DNA of 62,834 nt, counting the filler, from Perkinsus olseni (taxonomy: Eukaryota): assembly GCA_013115125.1 (NCBI GenBank). It is 16 parts of 16 records of this genome, joined end to end, with 100 filler letters (N's around TTAATTAATTAA, not from the genome) between each part and the next. Parts side by side here need not be neighbours in the genome. Positions count along the whole stretch, not along the records: positions 11,999 to 15,860 come from JABANN010001341.1; positions 15,961 to 19,822 come from JABANN010001342.1; positions 19,923 to 23,765 come from JABANN010001343.1; positions 23,866 to 27,708 come from JABANN010001344.1; 12 more parts are not named here. The stretch is one strand, 5' to 3'. The first letter of the stretch is position 1; every line of letters begins with the position of its first letter. The notes beneath the pieces were generated by a model, which saw only the letters and a program-made list of their open reading frames with translations, was not told the DNA's origin and did no database searches. The translations under genes and the position numbers were made by a program. Shown one piece after another: positions 13,708 to 27,808 of the stretch.

Positions 13708-16525
13708 GAGGCAAGGAGGAAACCCGCGCTGTTGAGAACAGAGTTCCTTAGATACTTCCCGTCCACACGATATCCGAGACGCTATAGACAAGCGCAAAGG
13801 TGAGTTGGCCTGATACTCACGTTCAGTGGTTCCTGCAACTCGCAGCCTCGGTGAATCCGATGAGATGAATGACGATACAGGACTGTCCTGTATCGCTCTG
13901 TAAGAGGACCGTTGAGCAACTCGAAAGTCAAACGCCCTCGCTGCAATGCCTGGCGGATTTGGGTTCTGTTTCAGGCAGAAGAGAAGTCGTGATACAAGAA
14001 ATGGTATCCACAGGGATGGAATAGCGGACCCCTTCTGGTACACTTCGCTCACCCACAACTGTGCTCTTATCTCTCACGCCTCAGGCCTTGGTGAATAGTA
14101 TTCACTGAATACCACCCCCAGAAGGTCGAAAATATCAGAGTCTCAGATAAGACAGAGTGATCAAGACGACCACCCAAATTTTTCGTGTTGTTTTCATTTA
14201 TAATTAAATATCCCACTCCTGGTCGCGTGGGTCTGGTAGGTCGGTTCGGTACGAACCGGCCCGTGAAGCACCGACGAGGGCAAGACACTTGGCGACCCAG
14301 AGCCTGAGTCTGCTGACAGTGCGTGTCTACACCCTTTTCGGTACTTGCTCCCATTACCAGACCCGACAAGCAACAGGCGAGTTCTCCCTGACCGAAGTCC
14401 GCCCAGCTACTCAGCTCGAATTTGGAACCCCCAAGGCTCTAGTGGGCCTGAAGCTCCAGACCTGGACCTTTGTCTTTCACGCGTAGTCGTTGACATGCAA
14501 CTGTCTCGCGCCACATAACGATCGTGTAGGGGGTGCTGAGTTTGCGCTCAATAAACTGCTAACTCTCTCACTAAGTTGAGCGAAACCCGAACAGCGCCTG
14601 ATACCTGGGCCCAGAAAGCAGCCGCGACCCGGCGGGTCGGACCCGGGAAAATCAATCATCGCCGTCTAGCCTTAACTGGGTCACGCAGGTGGGACGTAGT
14701 CAGAGCTCGCTCGCCTCACGGTTTCATGCCTGCGCCACCAACTACTACGATGGCGGAGCGACGCGACCATCCGTATCGGTATTTAACCTAGTTTAACAAG
14801 TTAACCTTCATAAACGCTGTACCGGTGTTGATAAAGGTGTGTTGCCAAAGTACGGACCTCGAGTGTAGTAGGCTGGTCAGAACGACAAGGGGTAATCGGG
14901 ATCGGGTCGATCCATAGGCATACTGCATTAAAAGCCCGGTCGCGCAAGTGATACTCAAGATTCTTGAGTTGCACTAGTTGCGACTGAAGTAGGAAACTGC
15001 AGCCGAATTATTCCCAACTCTGGAAACTCTTTCTTGAGTCAAGAAAACTACTGACCATTTTCGACCCGCCTTTGTGATCCTGAGGCATCTTCGACCCTTG
15101 CTCAGAAGCTAAGTTCGGTCACTTTTGATCCATTCTAGTGCACCTAGTGAAGGAGATAAAAAAATTTCAGTGCGTCGTGTATTCTGCATGCCATGCAGTG
15201 CATGGAGTACAGTAGGTTATACCAATTACTTTCCCTACATCCCACATGACATATGAGAATATGGGCTCCTGAAGTCCGGCACCTGGACCACAAAAGTCTT
15301 TTACCAAAAGAACGAAAACACGAAACCACGTCGTTGCTCGCCGACTTGTCGCATGGCATGCAATGCATGCTATCAAGATTGGCGGTCAGTGACTGACCGT
15401 CAGTCAGTAGCAGCCTCTCCCCTCGGTTGTGTCTTCGCTAATACTCGAAGTTTTCAGAAATCTCCCCCGTCGAGCACTTCCGCCGAAGTAGGGTGAGCGC
15501 GAGACCTCACTGCCTCCGCCGCTGCCGCCTGCTCCTGGGATTTCCCTAAAGTTGCTCAGCGTCTTACGTCTGCGCTCAGTTTCCTGTCAGTGTACACTAA
15601 GAGTGTACCGAATCGCAGTTTCCAGTCCGAGAGTGTACTCGAACGCAGTTGCTAGTTCTCTCTCAGTGTCTACTTGGAGTTTCTAGTACGTTCATAGCAT
15701 GGTTGCTGCAAAGCCTCCTTATCCAGTCCGTTCAGACGCGTGATGTGCGATTTAGCGAACTCTGGGAGCTCGCATCACGCAGTCTTACGGGCTGTTCAGT
15801 AAATCGATCCCGGGACTCGGGATCAATCCCAGGACTGACCGAAGCCTTTTTCTGTTCAGTNNNNNNNNNNNNNNNNNNNNNNNNNNNNNNNNNNNNNNNN
15901 NNNNTTAATTAATTAANNNNNNNNNNNNNNNNNNNNNNNNNNNNNNNNNNNNNNNNNNNNGCCAGGTTGCGATAGTTATACCAACAAGGGCTATCAGACA
16001 GAAGATCAGATAGGCCAGTTGTGACCAGACCGGGAACGTCGAGGCCATGGGGACAGGAGTGACACAAACACTAACAATGAAGGAATGAGAAGTGAGACTA
16101 TAGACCTACGACACAGGTGGCGATGTGTGGAGAGAATTTCGAGTTCATATGGAGTCTTAGAGTTACTACTGAGCATCGCGGAAGTAGGGAGAGCAGCTCC
16201 TTCGTCATGACCACGGCAGCTGAAGGTCATCCGACGGGCGTCATACACCTCAGCGCCCACAGCTATGCAAAAACAGCGCACCTTCATCAACGAGAATAGT
16301 TGACCCTTCATTATGAGCCCAGCGTGAACGCATTACCCCATGCAACAGGTGCGTAGAATTTGAGACCCTTTCTCACTCATGATACCGCTTTCTCCCGGTG
16401 CTCCCACTCAACACGACCACGCAAAATGAAATTCAGATTCTGTTATAGAAGCCTACATGTGGAGCTATTTATTGGCTGGTGAGAACAGTTGCTAGACAAG
16501 CCAACCCAATGTTATGGTGGTGGTT

Positions 16526-17356
16526 TCACTCCGCTTTCACTTTGACTAATCTCCCCACTATCCTTAAAAAGACGAAGCCCACAACAGAGCGTAGCAGCAG
16601 ATAGTCAATCACATCAGTCACTCCATCAGGGGCTCGCACACCACAGGTCCAATACCAATTAGAGTAGTCCAGAGGAAGAGACTGGAGACAGTCAAAAGTG
16701 AAGGACAAGTCATCACGCATTCTCTGAGGGCAGAGGAACTTTCCTCTGGAAAGGAGGCCCCATGTAGATGACTCAACTTCCTCGGTACAGTCGTAGTTCA
16801 CGAAAGGCTGGCCATAACCAATTCGCATGTTCTTCTCACTAGTCGGACTAAACCAGATCCATGTTATATACGTCCCGAGCACTATCGTCGCCCCAAGTGC
16901 AAAAAGATAATCCACTTTGACGGTGTGTCCACGTACGGCTGCCAGGAGAGCGGCGACGAAACAAGAAGCTTCCAGAGCATAGAGGGCCAGGAATGGGCGC
17001 TCAAGGAGGATTCCAACAACTAGGTACATCATCGTCATCAATCCCGTAAGAACGGGCACTGAGAGAGCATTCATCACTGTCCCCAAGACAGTGCCGAGGG
17101 ACCTCGTATAAGTAAAGGCGAACGCCACCGACGCGGCTAGGGCGCCAAAGAAGAACGTGCCAAGGATTTGGACCTGACGCGAGGCTAGTAATACAAGAGT
17201 TGGACGGCTGTTGAAGTACCACCACCTGTGCGATGGTCGGGTAGTAGTAAGACTCGCTCTCGTGAAAGTTGTCCCACATGAGATGGTAACCCGCAATATC
17301 GAACAGAGGGAAGATACCGAGCGAAGAACAGCCTGAACAGAGGTATGGATAGCCAT
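16526..17356 (-). CDS. Multi-pass membrane protein of unknown family (coding may extend to about 17900 with breaks)
   Basis: 276-aa ORF with at least 5 hydrophobic helices; upstream hydrophobic ORF fragments on the same strand. Confidence 0.45.
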   Translation of the reverse strand: MAIHTSVQAVLRSVSSLCSILRVTISCGTTFTRASLTTTRPSHRWWYFNSRPTLVLLASRQVQILGTFFFGALAASVAFAFTYTRSLGTVLGTVMNALSVPVLTGLMTMMYLVVGILLERPFLALYALEASCFVAALLAAVRGHTVKVDYLFALGATIVLGTYITWIWFSPTSEKNMRIGYGQPFVNYDCTEEVESSTWGLLSRGKFLCPQRMRDDLSFTFDCLQSLPLDYSNWYWTCGVRAPDGVTDVIDYLLLRSVVGFVFLRIVGRLVKVKAE

Positions 17357-20300
17357 AAACTATGACCGGTACAGCCTTGCACAGGTGACAGGCACGTAGT
17401 GTAGCGAAGCAAGGGCGGTAGTAGACAACTCCAGCCTAGGACGAACCAGGTTGATGGCTAGAATGAGCGCGGTCATCCAACTGATTGTGAGGGCTACTGA
17501 GCGACCTGTAGTGTTGGAGGGCCGAAACAGGAGATGTGTTGAAAACTCTCGCGCGCAGTCGGGAGTCAAGTTGACTCAGCCAACCCACCGCCATTTCGAT
17601 CAGAACGGATCCGAGCGCGAAGGAAAGACGACCAGAACTGACCGTCTGGAGAGGGGACCTCACCCGCTAGGCCCGCAAGCGAAAGACGCTCTCCGAGGGA
17701 CAACTTCTGTTGCTTCGAAAAAGCTGCCGATGCCTGCTGCACTACGATGTAAGTCAAGGCCGTATAAGGGCCGGCCAAGACGTATCTGAGCAAAAACGTA
17801 TACAGTAGCGTAGAGAATAGCTCGAGACGACACCCACAGCGGCTCCAGCCGGTCATGGATCATCACAGTAGCCTGCGTGAAATACGTGTTACCAATCTGA
17901 CAGGGAAGCATCACGGCACCAGCACTGCGGTGGCCCGTTCAGGGAAACTGCTTTTGTCACCACCACGCCACCTGAGGGTTGGTCATCTGGCTGATCTCAA
18001 AGAGGCTGGAGCCTATCAGCAAGCCGAGCCATAGGGCTAGGGAATTCTTGTTAGGTGACGTATCTGAGAACGCAGTAGAGCACAGCTCTGTGTTGATGCA
18101 GCCTCACTTCTCCAGGCATGGACGAAGGTCAGGAGGGCGATGGAGCACCACATAGCCTCTATCACCACATTTGACGGGTTGTAACTGTCGAGGGTTCACC
18201 AGAAGGTTCAACAGAATAGTACTTCTACGTCCATAGATCAGCCGGATTGTAAACTGTTATTAGGGAGGTGTTGATGATGGGGACTGGCTCGAGGAGGGCC
18301 TCTCCTGATTTAAGCATAACTGACATGACAGGGAAGAGGAAGATGTCGCTCTGCCAAGAATACGGAGAAAATGCAAGATGCAAAAAGGACGCCACTATGC
18401 CACATGGCATCAGCTCGAGCTCGAGAAAATAATGATCATATACTGGCTCAGTACTCCGTTCGTTCGGCCGTCGGCCTCGCGCCACGTTGCACAGTGAAAT
18501 CTAAGGGAGCCGCTAGGAGAAACATGAGCATGCGTGCAGAACATATCCGCTCCTCCTCCTCCCCAGCCGATCATCCCTCGAATAACCTTTCGTGGCGAGT
18601 AGTTCGTTGAGAACTTAATACCCGTCTGGCGGTCTGATGAGCACCCAGTTGGGAAGTGCCATCTAGGAGTTATCCTCTTTGCATCTCGTACGTTGTGGAT
18701 TCGCAGAGAACTTCTCTGAGACAAGCCACTCCGGCAGCCATTGCTATTGTTTTCCCCAGGGCTAGACCCCTGCGAATCGCTCCTGGTGTGGCTTGTCAAC
18801 CTCTTCGGTATGTAGTTGTGGCGCTTTGACCGGGGATTTTCGACACTATCTGCAGTCTTGCCCATTCTTGGCAATTGCGCAGAAGGCGGAGGCTGGGGGC
18901 TCCCTAAACCATCTATAAAAGGTTGTTACGGACTTGAAGCGCCGTAAGGTCTCCAGCCGTCTGATGAAGACTGAAAGCCTTGAGCCAGTAGGGAACACTT
19001 GGATATCCTCTTTGCTGACCGGAAAGGCATCCACCCGGGCTAGCAGCGGAACCGGCAGTACTAGTGCAACACACTGAGAACACTGCAGCAGAAGTCAAGC
19101 AGTAGCGTAGTTATAATGTAACTAGGCTTCTCTAGGTCCATTGAATCTTCGATCATATCACTCGGAGCAACGGTCGGAGGAATAATTCCCAATTCCTGAC
19201 ACCCCTACGACACCTGTCACACTACAACTCTATATTATAGACTTAGAGTCTATTATCGGATGGACCTTACTCGGGATAATGGATGAGACTGGACCAATAA
19301 CAGGGACATCACGGGGGGCTCTCGTAGCTTCCTCAGGATAGCCCCCATCATGAACATATCGAATTCCCTACGGTCAAGAGAGAAGAATCCTGCCAGGCGT
19401 TCCATTGCCGCGAACCTCATGCCGTCTGGCAGGATTCCGTAGGAGTAGACAGAACTGCAGAGAGCGGAAGAAAGCCGCTAAAAACCTATCGATGTTGCAA
19501 CCAACGCCGATAGTGGAACTGATGAGAAAAATATGTCGTACCATAGACGTGATATACGAAAATACTCTGTGCGAGAGCTGGTGATAGATAAAATGAGTGA
19601 CGAGCCTCACTTACCAGGGTAACATCTTGAAGTTCTCCTTTCTCACTGAGCCCAAGGATAGTCCATGTGGTAGTTTCGCACAGCTGATAGATTTCAGAGC
19701 GGCACACACGAGAGGGTCGGTTCCGCATAAAAAGAAGTTTATACGGCTAGCTCCCTCTTCAACAGCTCGAGTGTAGGCACTCGTAACGAACTCCTCGAGC
19801 TCTTCAGTTCCCGGTACCGAGTNNNNNNNNNNNNNNNNNNNNNNNNNNNNNNNNNNNNNNNNNNNNTTAATTAATTAANNNNNNNNNNNNNNNNNNNNNN
19901 NNNNNNNNNNNNNNNNNNNNNNACGGTTGTGACGGTCACAGACAAGTAAGGAGCGCTCGCCCACCTCGATCTCCCTCAGGGGGTGATCGACACAATCTAG
20001 TGATAAACCTCTTGTGTAACGTGTTAAGGTCATTAATAACGTGGGATGTGTAGGTATTATGACAAGCATCTTGAATGAGTATCGGAGGAGTTGATATCTT
20101 AGATGATCCAGTGTTATGCAGTCGGGAGTAGGGTTGTGCCACTGTCCGGTTGTAATGTAGCTTATGATGTAGTACTAATGCTATCATACAGTGACCCGTA
20201 TATATTACCACCAGTGGCTGCTGAAAGATGGAATAAGAAGGAGAAGAGTATAAGGGAAGTTACTAAAACATCTAAATCGTCAAGGAGGTCATCAACAACA

Positions 20301-22339
20301 GCGATAACATCAATAATGGATCATCACTTAAACCCGCCGTCCAATTCATCATCTGCGAATACCATCACAATACCAATAATAAATAATAGTGCTTCCACCA
20401 AGTATGATGATACAACCAGAGACAATAACCACCAGCAGCAGGAGGAGCAGAGTAGTAGTAGCGGCGGTGCAGTAGTAGAAGGGGATAACAGAGGGTATGT
20501 TGAAGAGAAGACCACAAGATTACATGACGACGATGATGAGGGCATGCAGAGGAGCATGCATAAGGTAATAATACACCATGATAATAGCATAAATGATGAT
20601 TGCTTGGTAGATACCGATAGGTGGCGGCGGAGGGACTACTGGTTTTTTATTAACTTCATCATCATCATCATCATCATCAACTTCAATAGCATTACAGAAA
20701 TATTACGCTCATGATACTCCTGCTGAGAGTTTGAAAGCAGCGAGAAAGACGGTACTAGATGCAGTTAAAGCTATGGATAAAAAGTAATACTATTATAACA
20801 ATCATCGTCGTTACTCACCCTGTGACTTAAGATTCTCCGTATCATGGGACGACGCAGCAAAGAGCAACAACTTACCAAATGCTGTTAAAGTAATACTTAC
20901 GATGTTGAATGGTAGTAATAATAATGGTACTAGGATATCACCAATGGCCATGATGATAATACAAGCGATGATACAGACAATGCTACCATTGATAATGATC
21001 ATGATACATCATCATCATCATCTATTCCTTTTGGTAATACTATGGGCTACGACTACTACTACTACGGCTACTCTTCTTCTTGCTCCAATCTCAATATCCG
21101 CGTATTGGGTCATGCAGTTGCCATGAATACTATTATTAACACGGTATCCTTGTCGTCGTCGTCGTTGTTGTTGTATGCGGAATGGTGATTGAAGTAAAAT
21201 ATCGGGGGGTAGTATGAATGATACTGAGTAGGTACATTGAGCGGAGATGATGTTGATGATACGACAACAAGAAGAAGAAGGAAAGACTCAAATGACGGTC
21301 TAATTGGGTTATCGAAACGGATGAAGAAGCGAAACAACCACACTGCAACGACAACAACCAACACGACAACACAACACATGCTACCAAGGACACCATCATC
21401 GCCACCTAAATGGTTGTTTAGAAATAGGAGGTTCTTGGGTAGAGGTTATCATAATGAAGATGCTGTTGATAAAGATGATGAGCTGCATGACGATGATGGT
21501 GGTGGTAGAGTATCTCGTTCGCATCATCATGATCATCATGCGTCGTCGTCGTCGTCGTCTAATAAGGCATATCTTATACCACGATTGGGAGTATTACCAC
21601 CTGGACAATTGAGAAGAGCATCTAGTGTTGGTATGCTTATACCACCGAATGCTTCTACTGCTACTAGTAGGAGTATCCATCATAGTCTCAATAATACACC
21701 ATCTAAATCGATCGATAATGATATAACTGCCATTAACATCAATAATAATGAAGATGATGATGGTATTGTTGATAACTGTGATGCTATGCCTATTAATAAT
21801 GGTGGTGGTGGTTGCAGTACTGAGCAGAGTAAAGGTATACGGAGTAGTAGTAGCAAGAAGAAGAAGGATAATACTTATATTACCACAACTCCCACAATAA
21901 CAGGATTACATGTAATAACGATCACTATCATTGCTCGATAGACTAGATTGTAAAGTCGACTACATAATTGCATACAGGCAGATGTCATCAGATACGAGGC
22001 AGAGTAAAACACCTTCTTACGCGATTACATCATACAAGAGGGGAAGATGATATTAACCAACAATATGATGATGATGATGAGGAGGGGGAGAAGCATCATG
22101 AGTTAATGATGATGAATGAGTACCCTTGCTGTTGGACTGAAGTATGTGGTAGTACTGGTGGTAATAATAGTAATAATAATACCACACCACGGAGTATTCC
22201 TCTGGTAACCAGTGTCCCTAATAATCCTAATACACATTGTGTAATACAACACAACAACAACAACAACAGCGATGTTAGTATATCAACAAGCATAGTTGTA
22301 TTAATATCATCATCATAATCATTGTTGTTGTAGATACTA

Positions 22340-23571
22340 TTGCTTGGTGAGATGTACTTGCCACCATTAACATCATCATCATCATCCTCAACAACAAGTG
22401 ATGGACCAGGGGGGTTCATAGCTACTCAGATTGCAGTTGATAAGTCAACCGGGGATATTGCTGTCGGTAGTATCCATAATCATTATCGTCCACTGGCGAT
22501 ACTATTATTGTTGATACAGGTACGAGTAATGGTATGATATTTGTATGGATAAGAGACCATGATGCATCCCATAGTAGATCCCCTACTCTGCAGCTTAAGG
22601 GTAGTAGTATTGTAATAATAATGACAAGAAGAATAAAGATTATGATGATGACACGAATGGTAATGGTCCAATGACATAAGTATTGTTATTATTAGGTCAT
22701 ATTGATAGTATTACGTCCTTACATTACAGTAGCAGTATACCCTCCTACTACCACTCCTATCCGACTACTACTACAATATTGGTAAGTTCATCTCTGGATG
22801 GTTCAACTGTGATATGGACACCAAGAAAAGCAGCATCATTACAAAAAGGATACACGCATGATACTACTTGGACCAATGATGATGATGATGCAGTAGTATG
22901 CTACGATACCAAGCCATTGGCAGTTATAAGGCACTTTAAACCTATTACTGGACCATTGGGTATAGAGGGTACAGGTATAAACATACCAACTTATGCTAGT
23001 AATAACAATGAGAGACAATGGATACCAGAGTTAATGAAGTTGTTGTTAGGTACTGTATTACCAACTAATGATAATGGACTCCGAACACCATTGTTGTTCG
23101 TCGCTTGTGCTGATGGTGCTGTTGAAATGTACTAATCATCATCTACTACCAATACCACTACTACTATCATTCAGTTACGAGCTGGCTATGGATAGGGCAT
23201 CATTACAATCACCACATTATATCAATAATCATCATGATGATGACGATGCTGCTGCTGATGGTGGTGGTAGTATTAATGGATCGTATTATCCTAAGAGGAC
23301 CCATACAGTCAGAATAGAGGGTATGGCTACTGCTGTTGCATTATCCCCTGATGGTAATACTACTACTACCACCACAACTAGTTCTTTTGTCATTGTTATT
23401 GTTGTTGATGTTAGGTTTGAGGTTGGCTGTAGGCTCAGCTGTTGGCACAGTGACTATGTTCCTATTAAAGACACTACGACTGGATGGTGTTATCGATTGT
23501 AGAAATAGATATGGTAAACTAAAAGGTGGTAGGAAGATAACTGGAATGCAATGGCAGAAAGATTCACAGAG
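22340..23571 (+). CDS. WD40-repeat protein, WDR44-like, multi-exon partial
   Basis: GHIDSITSLHY..LVSSSLDGSTVIW; ATAVALSPDG/LRLAVGSAVG; CRNRYGKLKGGRKITGMQW resembles WDR44 RSTRGRNKVGRKITGIE. Low-complexity ORFs at 20103-22318 may be upstream exons. Confidence 0.6.
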
Positions 23572-23692
23572 GTAATAATACCGACACAAACAACAACATC
23601 ATCATCATCACCCGTCCTGTTGTTGGCGTGTCCGTTCGTCTATAGTACATCAGCAGCTGATGAGCTTTTTTCGCTGCTGCTCTCGGACGCCG

Positions 23693-23765
<73 letters not shown>

Positions 23766-23865
23766 NNNNNNNNNNNNNNNNNNNNNNNNNNNNNNNNNNN
23801 NNNNNNNNNTTAATTAATTAANNNNNNNNNNNNNNNNNNNNNNNNNNNNNNNNNNNNNNNNNNNN

Positions 23866-24021
23866 TGTTGTTGGACTGTTGTTGTTGGACTGTTGTTGTT
23901 GGACTGTTGTTGTTGGACTGTTGTTGTTGGACTGTTGTTGTTGGACTGTTGTTGTTGGACTGTTGTTGTTGGACTGTTGTTGTTGGACTGTTGTTGTTGG
24001 ACTGTTGTTGTTGGACTGTTG
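23866..24021. repeat. 14-bp minisatellite (TGTTGTTGTTGGAC)n, about 11 copies
   Basis: Directly visible tandem array at contig start. Confidence 0.95.
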
Positions 24022-24024
24022 TAG

Positions 24025-24373
24025 TTGAGGAAAGGGAGCACCTCGCTCGAGTATATCGCGGTGATGGATGCCCTTCTAGGTTCGGCCGACCCGATGGTGA
24101 TGGATGCCAGAGTCGATTGGAAACTCTTCCGTTCGGTCGACTCCAACACGCTGCATAGCAGCGGTGGCGCACTGGACCCGTCAGGCTTCGTAGACGGTGA
24201 TCTATTCGAGCTCTTCTTGGTCATGGCAGATGAGTTGGCTGTAAGTTGCACATCGGCAACAGTTGTGGCTATTTTCTTGCCGGCAGATGAGGACGACTAA
24301 TACTCTGAACGATGGGACGGAGGCCCGGGACTTGGTGAAAGAAGTTCAGGCGATTGTTGATAGTTTCGCGTAG
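24025..24373 (+). CDS. DDB1: DDB1-like (CPSF-A family) C-terminus, last two exons
   Basis: WKLFRS..PSGFVDGDLFELFL resembles DDB1 WRSF..ATGFIDGDLIESFL; intron 24241-24286 (gtaagt..gcag); last exon MRTT..DLVKEVQAIVDSFA* (TAG 24371-24373). Confidence 0.6.
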
Positions 24374-24449
24374 ACTGACTTTTTCAATGCCCGCGATTTG
24401 GGTTCATCAATTTGGTTCAACAAATCAATTGTTCATAAGCTTATTTGTC

Positions 24450-26343
24450 TCCAGCCAAAGCGTTTATGAAGCTCACTCGGCTGGAGTCCCTCACAGATGG
24501 GCAGGCGTACGGGCCAACATTTTCTTTCTACAACTGAGTATGAAGTAACCTACATCGTGTAGGTACCGACACCTCCTTACAATTTAAACACAACATCTGT
24601 GTGGCTAGACACGACAACTCCAGGATCATCATCATCATTATCAAAAACAACAGCATATTCTTCCAGCGCTTTGTAAATTCGAAAATATTAGGAGGCGACT
24701 AAGCACCGATCAGGATTCATTACACTAGTGACCAATCAGAACTCTCGTTCACTCGCTTTGTAAATAATGAGGGCGTTTCTCTTTCTCGTCATTCCCAATA
24801 TCTGATATACTTCAAGAGGTGATAGTACTTATCACATAAACTGATGAAAGGACCCATTTGTTCCTCGACGGCCCTAATCACAGCCGAGCAGAGTTCTTCT
24901 CTGTACTGGCTAACCTCGTCTTCCCCTCTATCAACAACAGAGTACAATCTGTTTTTCTCCTTGAGGAATGGGGACTGGTTCAAACCCCTGATCGGGTCCC
25001 AGAGGGAGATGTCACAATCACGTGGGCGGCTATTCCGACTGTAGAAGCTTTTCTTGAGATTAAAGCTGACAAGCTCTCGCCCATGATCGTATCTGAAGCA
25101 TGGGAAGCGACCTCACAACGCTACATCGACTTCTCGTTGTGAATGGCTTACGATCCGTAAAAAGCATTCCAGACGTTAGTCTCGGGGCACCCGATGTAGG
25201 ATGAGTAGACGTTCTTGGCCCCGACGTAAATGCCCATTTTAGTGTCCCTTGTTTTATCGAAGTAGAAACACTTGGTGACATTGTAATCGTGGTTTTTGGA
25301 GAAGGCGAACTCCTCAGAGAAGAGTGAGAAATTTTGGGGCGGAGGGTAGGGCTGAGGATAGAAGGCCTTTCAGCGCGATCAACGCCCTTCGCTCAACCGT
25401 CTTACATAATAGAAATAGCGGGAGGCAATCCCTCCGTTCGCGTTACCTGGAGGTTGACTCGAGAGCGAAGCAATGGCAGGCAGAACGCCAATGATAAGCT
25501 GACGGGGCATTTAGGTGATCAACTTTTACACTGAGCGAGAGCATCGTCGAGGCTGACGTTTGCTGGCTTGGCCAACTTGTTGGCCGGGACCGAAGCTGTG
25601 CATAGCGGAGGAAAAATATGCTGCACGAAGCCTTCGTGTAGCCCTCCTTCGCGACGAAGGAGGGCTGTGTCGCTCGCCACAGTGGGCGAGCTAATTCCGG
25701 CTAAGCATCACCATCATCATCTTGGAGCAAAAGCTGTCTAGATGATGGGCACAAATTCTGGAATTCCCATGACGCAGAGGTTGGGAGCATAAAATAGTGA
25801 GTGAGCTTCGGTAAAATGGCACTGCCATCTATGACAGCTTATCACCATTAACAGAGGACGAGGACTTGCCATTGACAAGTCAATAGCCATGAAGTGGGTT
25901 ACCTCCACAGCTGGGTCGAGCGTCCATCCGCCAGTGATGTTTCACATGCTTCAACGGTTCTCCTCGCTGGTGGGTGGTCTGGCCAAAGCTTGGGGCGCAT
26001 GGTCCTGGAAAACTCAAATCCCGAGTACATCTGAGCGCGCGCTTCACCTCTGCTTCTCCTAATTCACTCTCGACGATCCCTCTTGCGTCGGGTCGCTACC
26101 AGGAAACAGATCTTACCGGAGTCCCTGCCCAATGCAAGATATCATCTGAGGGAGACTTCGGCGGTGCAGTACGAATACTCTGCATGCAATGAGATTCGAC
26201 CAAGCGTGCCGATCGAATGTGTTCCACGAATAAGGGTCAATGAGAACGTTGTTTTCGTTCAACGTGCGTATCAACGGGGACGAGGAACTCGCGAACGGCG
26301 TCGCCGTGAGAGCGACACTGATGGGGAGTAGTTGTGGCGACAT
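24450..26343 (-). CDS. Hypothetical multi-exon gene, limits approximate
   Basis: ATG 26343 ORF ending at a gtaag donor, followed by short GT-AG-bounded exons and a helical ORF piece at 24789-24983. No recognisable domain. Confidence 0.25.
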
Positions 26344-26427
26344 AAAGTTTTTAAACTATGTTCCAAATCAATTTGGAGCATTGTAGTCGGCACACGATAT
26401 GATATCAGCACCTGGTACGATACCAAT

Positions 26428-26888
26428 TATTGTTGAACCTTGTTTAACGATATTCGTTAAATAAACAAACGGTATTTGTTAACCAAAGGTTGTTTAACCT
26501 TATTAACCAAGAGTTGTTTGTAGCGCTACACAAATTGTAGAGTGGTGCAAATCCAGCGATGAGAGCGCGCGCGCCAGCACTAGCTCTGACTACCCTACAG
26601 TGTCGTGGCGAGTCCTTTCGGTTGGAGGAGCCCCGTTAAAGCGTACCATTGTCGATTCGTAGTCTCTCAGTTGCCCTGAGCCCATCATTTTTTTCTTTCT
26701 TTCTTTTCCTCGTAGGGGGGAAGTTACTTAACCAAATTGGGTGTGTCGGTGGTGGGGCCACGACAGTACCAATTTGGAGCCGCAGGCTACATTTCTGGCA
26801 AGGGTGGGCGAGTTTAGGTGCGAGTGTTGGGTGGGACGCACTTTCAGCGCGGGGTTTGCATAACCTTGTTAAACAAGGTTCAACAATA
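26428..26888. mobile_element. Putative MITE with 21-bp perfect terminal inverted repeats ending in TA
   Basis: tattgttgaaccttgtttaac (26428-26448) is the exact reverse complement of gttaaacaaggttcaacaata (26868-26888); the interior is non-coding. Confidence 0.5.
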
Positions 26889-27224
26889 TTTTGTTTCAAT
26901 GGACAATAACATGAGCATAATGCTCTGAGCATTATTGTCGTGTTAATGCCATTAATAACGACGGTACCTACGAGAGTGACGTACAGTTCACTAAGACCAG
27001 AAAAAAATCCTTGTCGATAACCTCACCGTCCTTGTAGATCCCCAATGCTATCAGTAGTCCTCAGCGGACCTGACGGGCCGTTTAACATGTCATGCTGTCA
27101 TGACTCAAGTCTCGACCAAAGCCAGGTCTTGAGTTGAGACTCTCAACTTGAGAGCACTGGTCAATAGAAGGAGACCTGATCGCATGACTTGAGTTGGAGA
27201 TAACAGTAGGTTACGGCGTAACCT

Positions 27225-27293
27225 AATCTTTCTGTCGGAGAAGTAGTATCGGCGTAACCGTTACGCCGATACTACTTCTCCGACAGAAAGATT
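27225..27293. repeat. Perfect palindrome, 34-bp arms, 1-nt centre
   Basis: aatctttctgtcggagaagtagtatcggcgtaac-c-gttacgccgatactacttctccgacagaaagatt. Confidence 0.95.
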
Positions 27294-27808
27294 TATCCGC
27301 TGTGCAGCTGCCGTGGCGGTCGAAATTAGACAAGCTGCGATGGACTCACACTGAGGTGCTCAGTCTGAACACCACGAAGGCGGTTGATTAAACTCGTCCA
27401 ACTCGTTATTGTGCAACGGCTAGCGAGAGTGATATCCTGACCTCAATATTGATTAATACGTGGCATCAACGAGACGCATGCAACACGTTCATGGATAGTG
27501 CAGCATCTAGTGCGCTGGTTTCGCGCAGTAACCGTTGGAGCTTGCAACTCATTTTCGTGCAACAGTAGCATAAGCTAATGATCGGAGCTCATTCGCCATT
27601 CGCTCATTCGCTCATTCTCGGCGACGGGCTACATTCGCGACGGAATGAAAAACCCTCGACCCTTGTTGACCAGAAAACAATCGACACAGTCTGAAGGACA
27701 GTAAGCCANNNNNNNNNNNNNNNNNNNNNNNNNNNNNNNNNNNNNNNNNNNNTTAATTAATTAANNNNNNNNNNNNNNNNNNNNNNNNNNNNNNNNNNNN
27801 NNNNNNNN

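Noticed and set aside
23810-24251. ORFs with QQQQSNNNSPTTTV or LLLLDCCCWTVVVG repeats
   Set aside because: Translations of a 14-bp minisatellite running into the gap.
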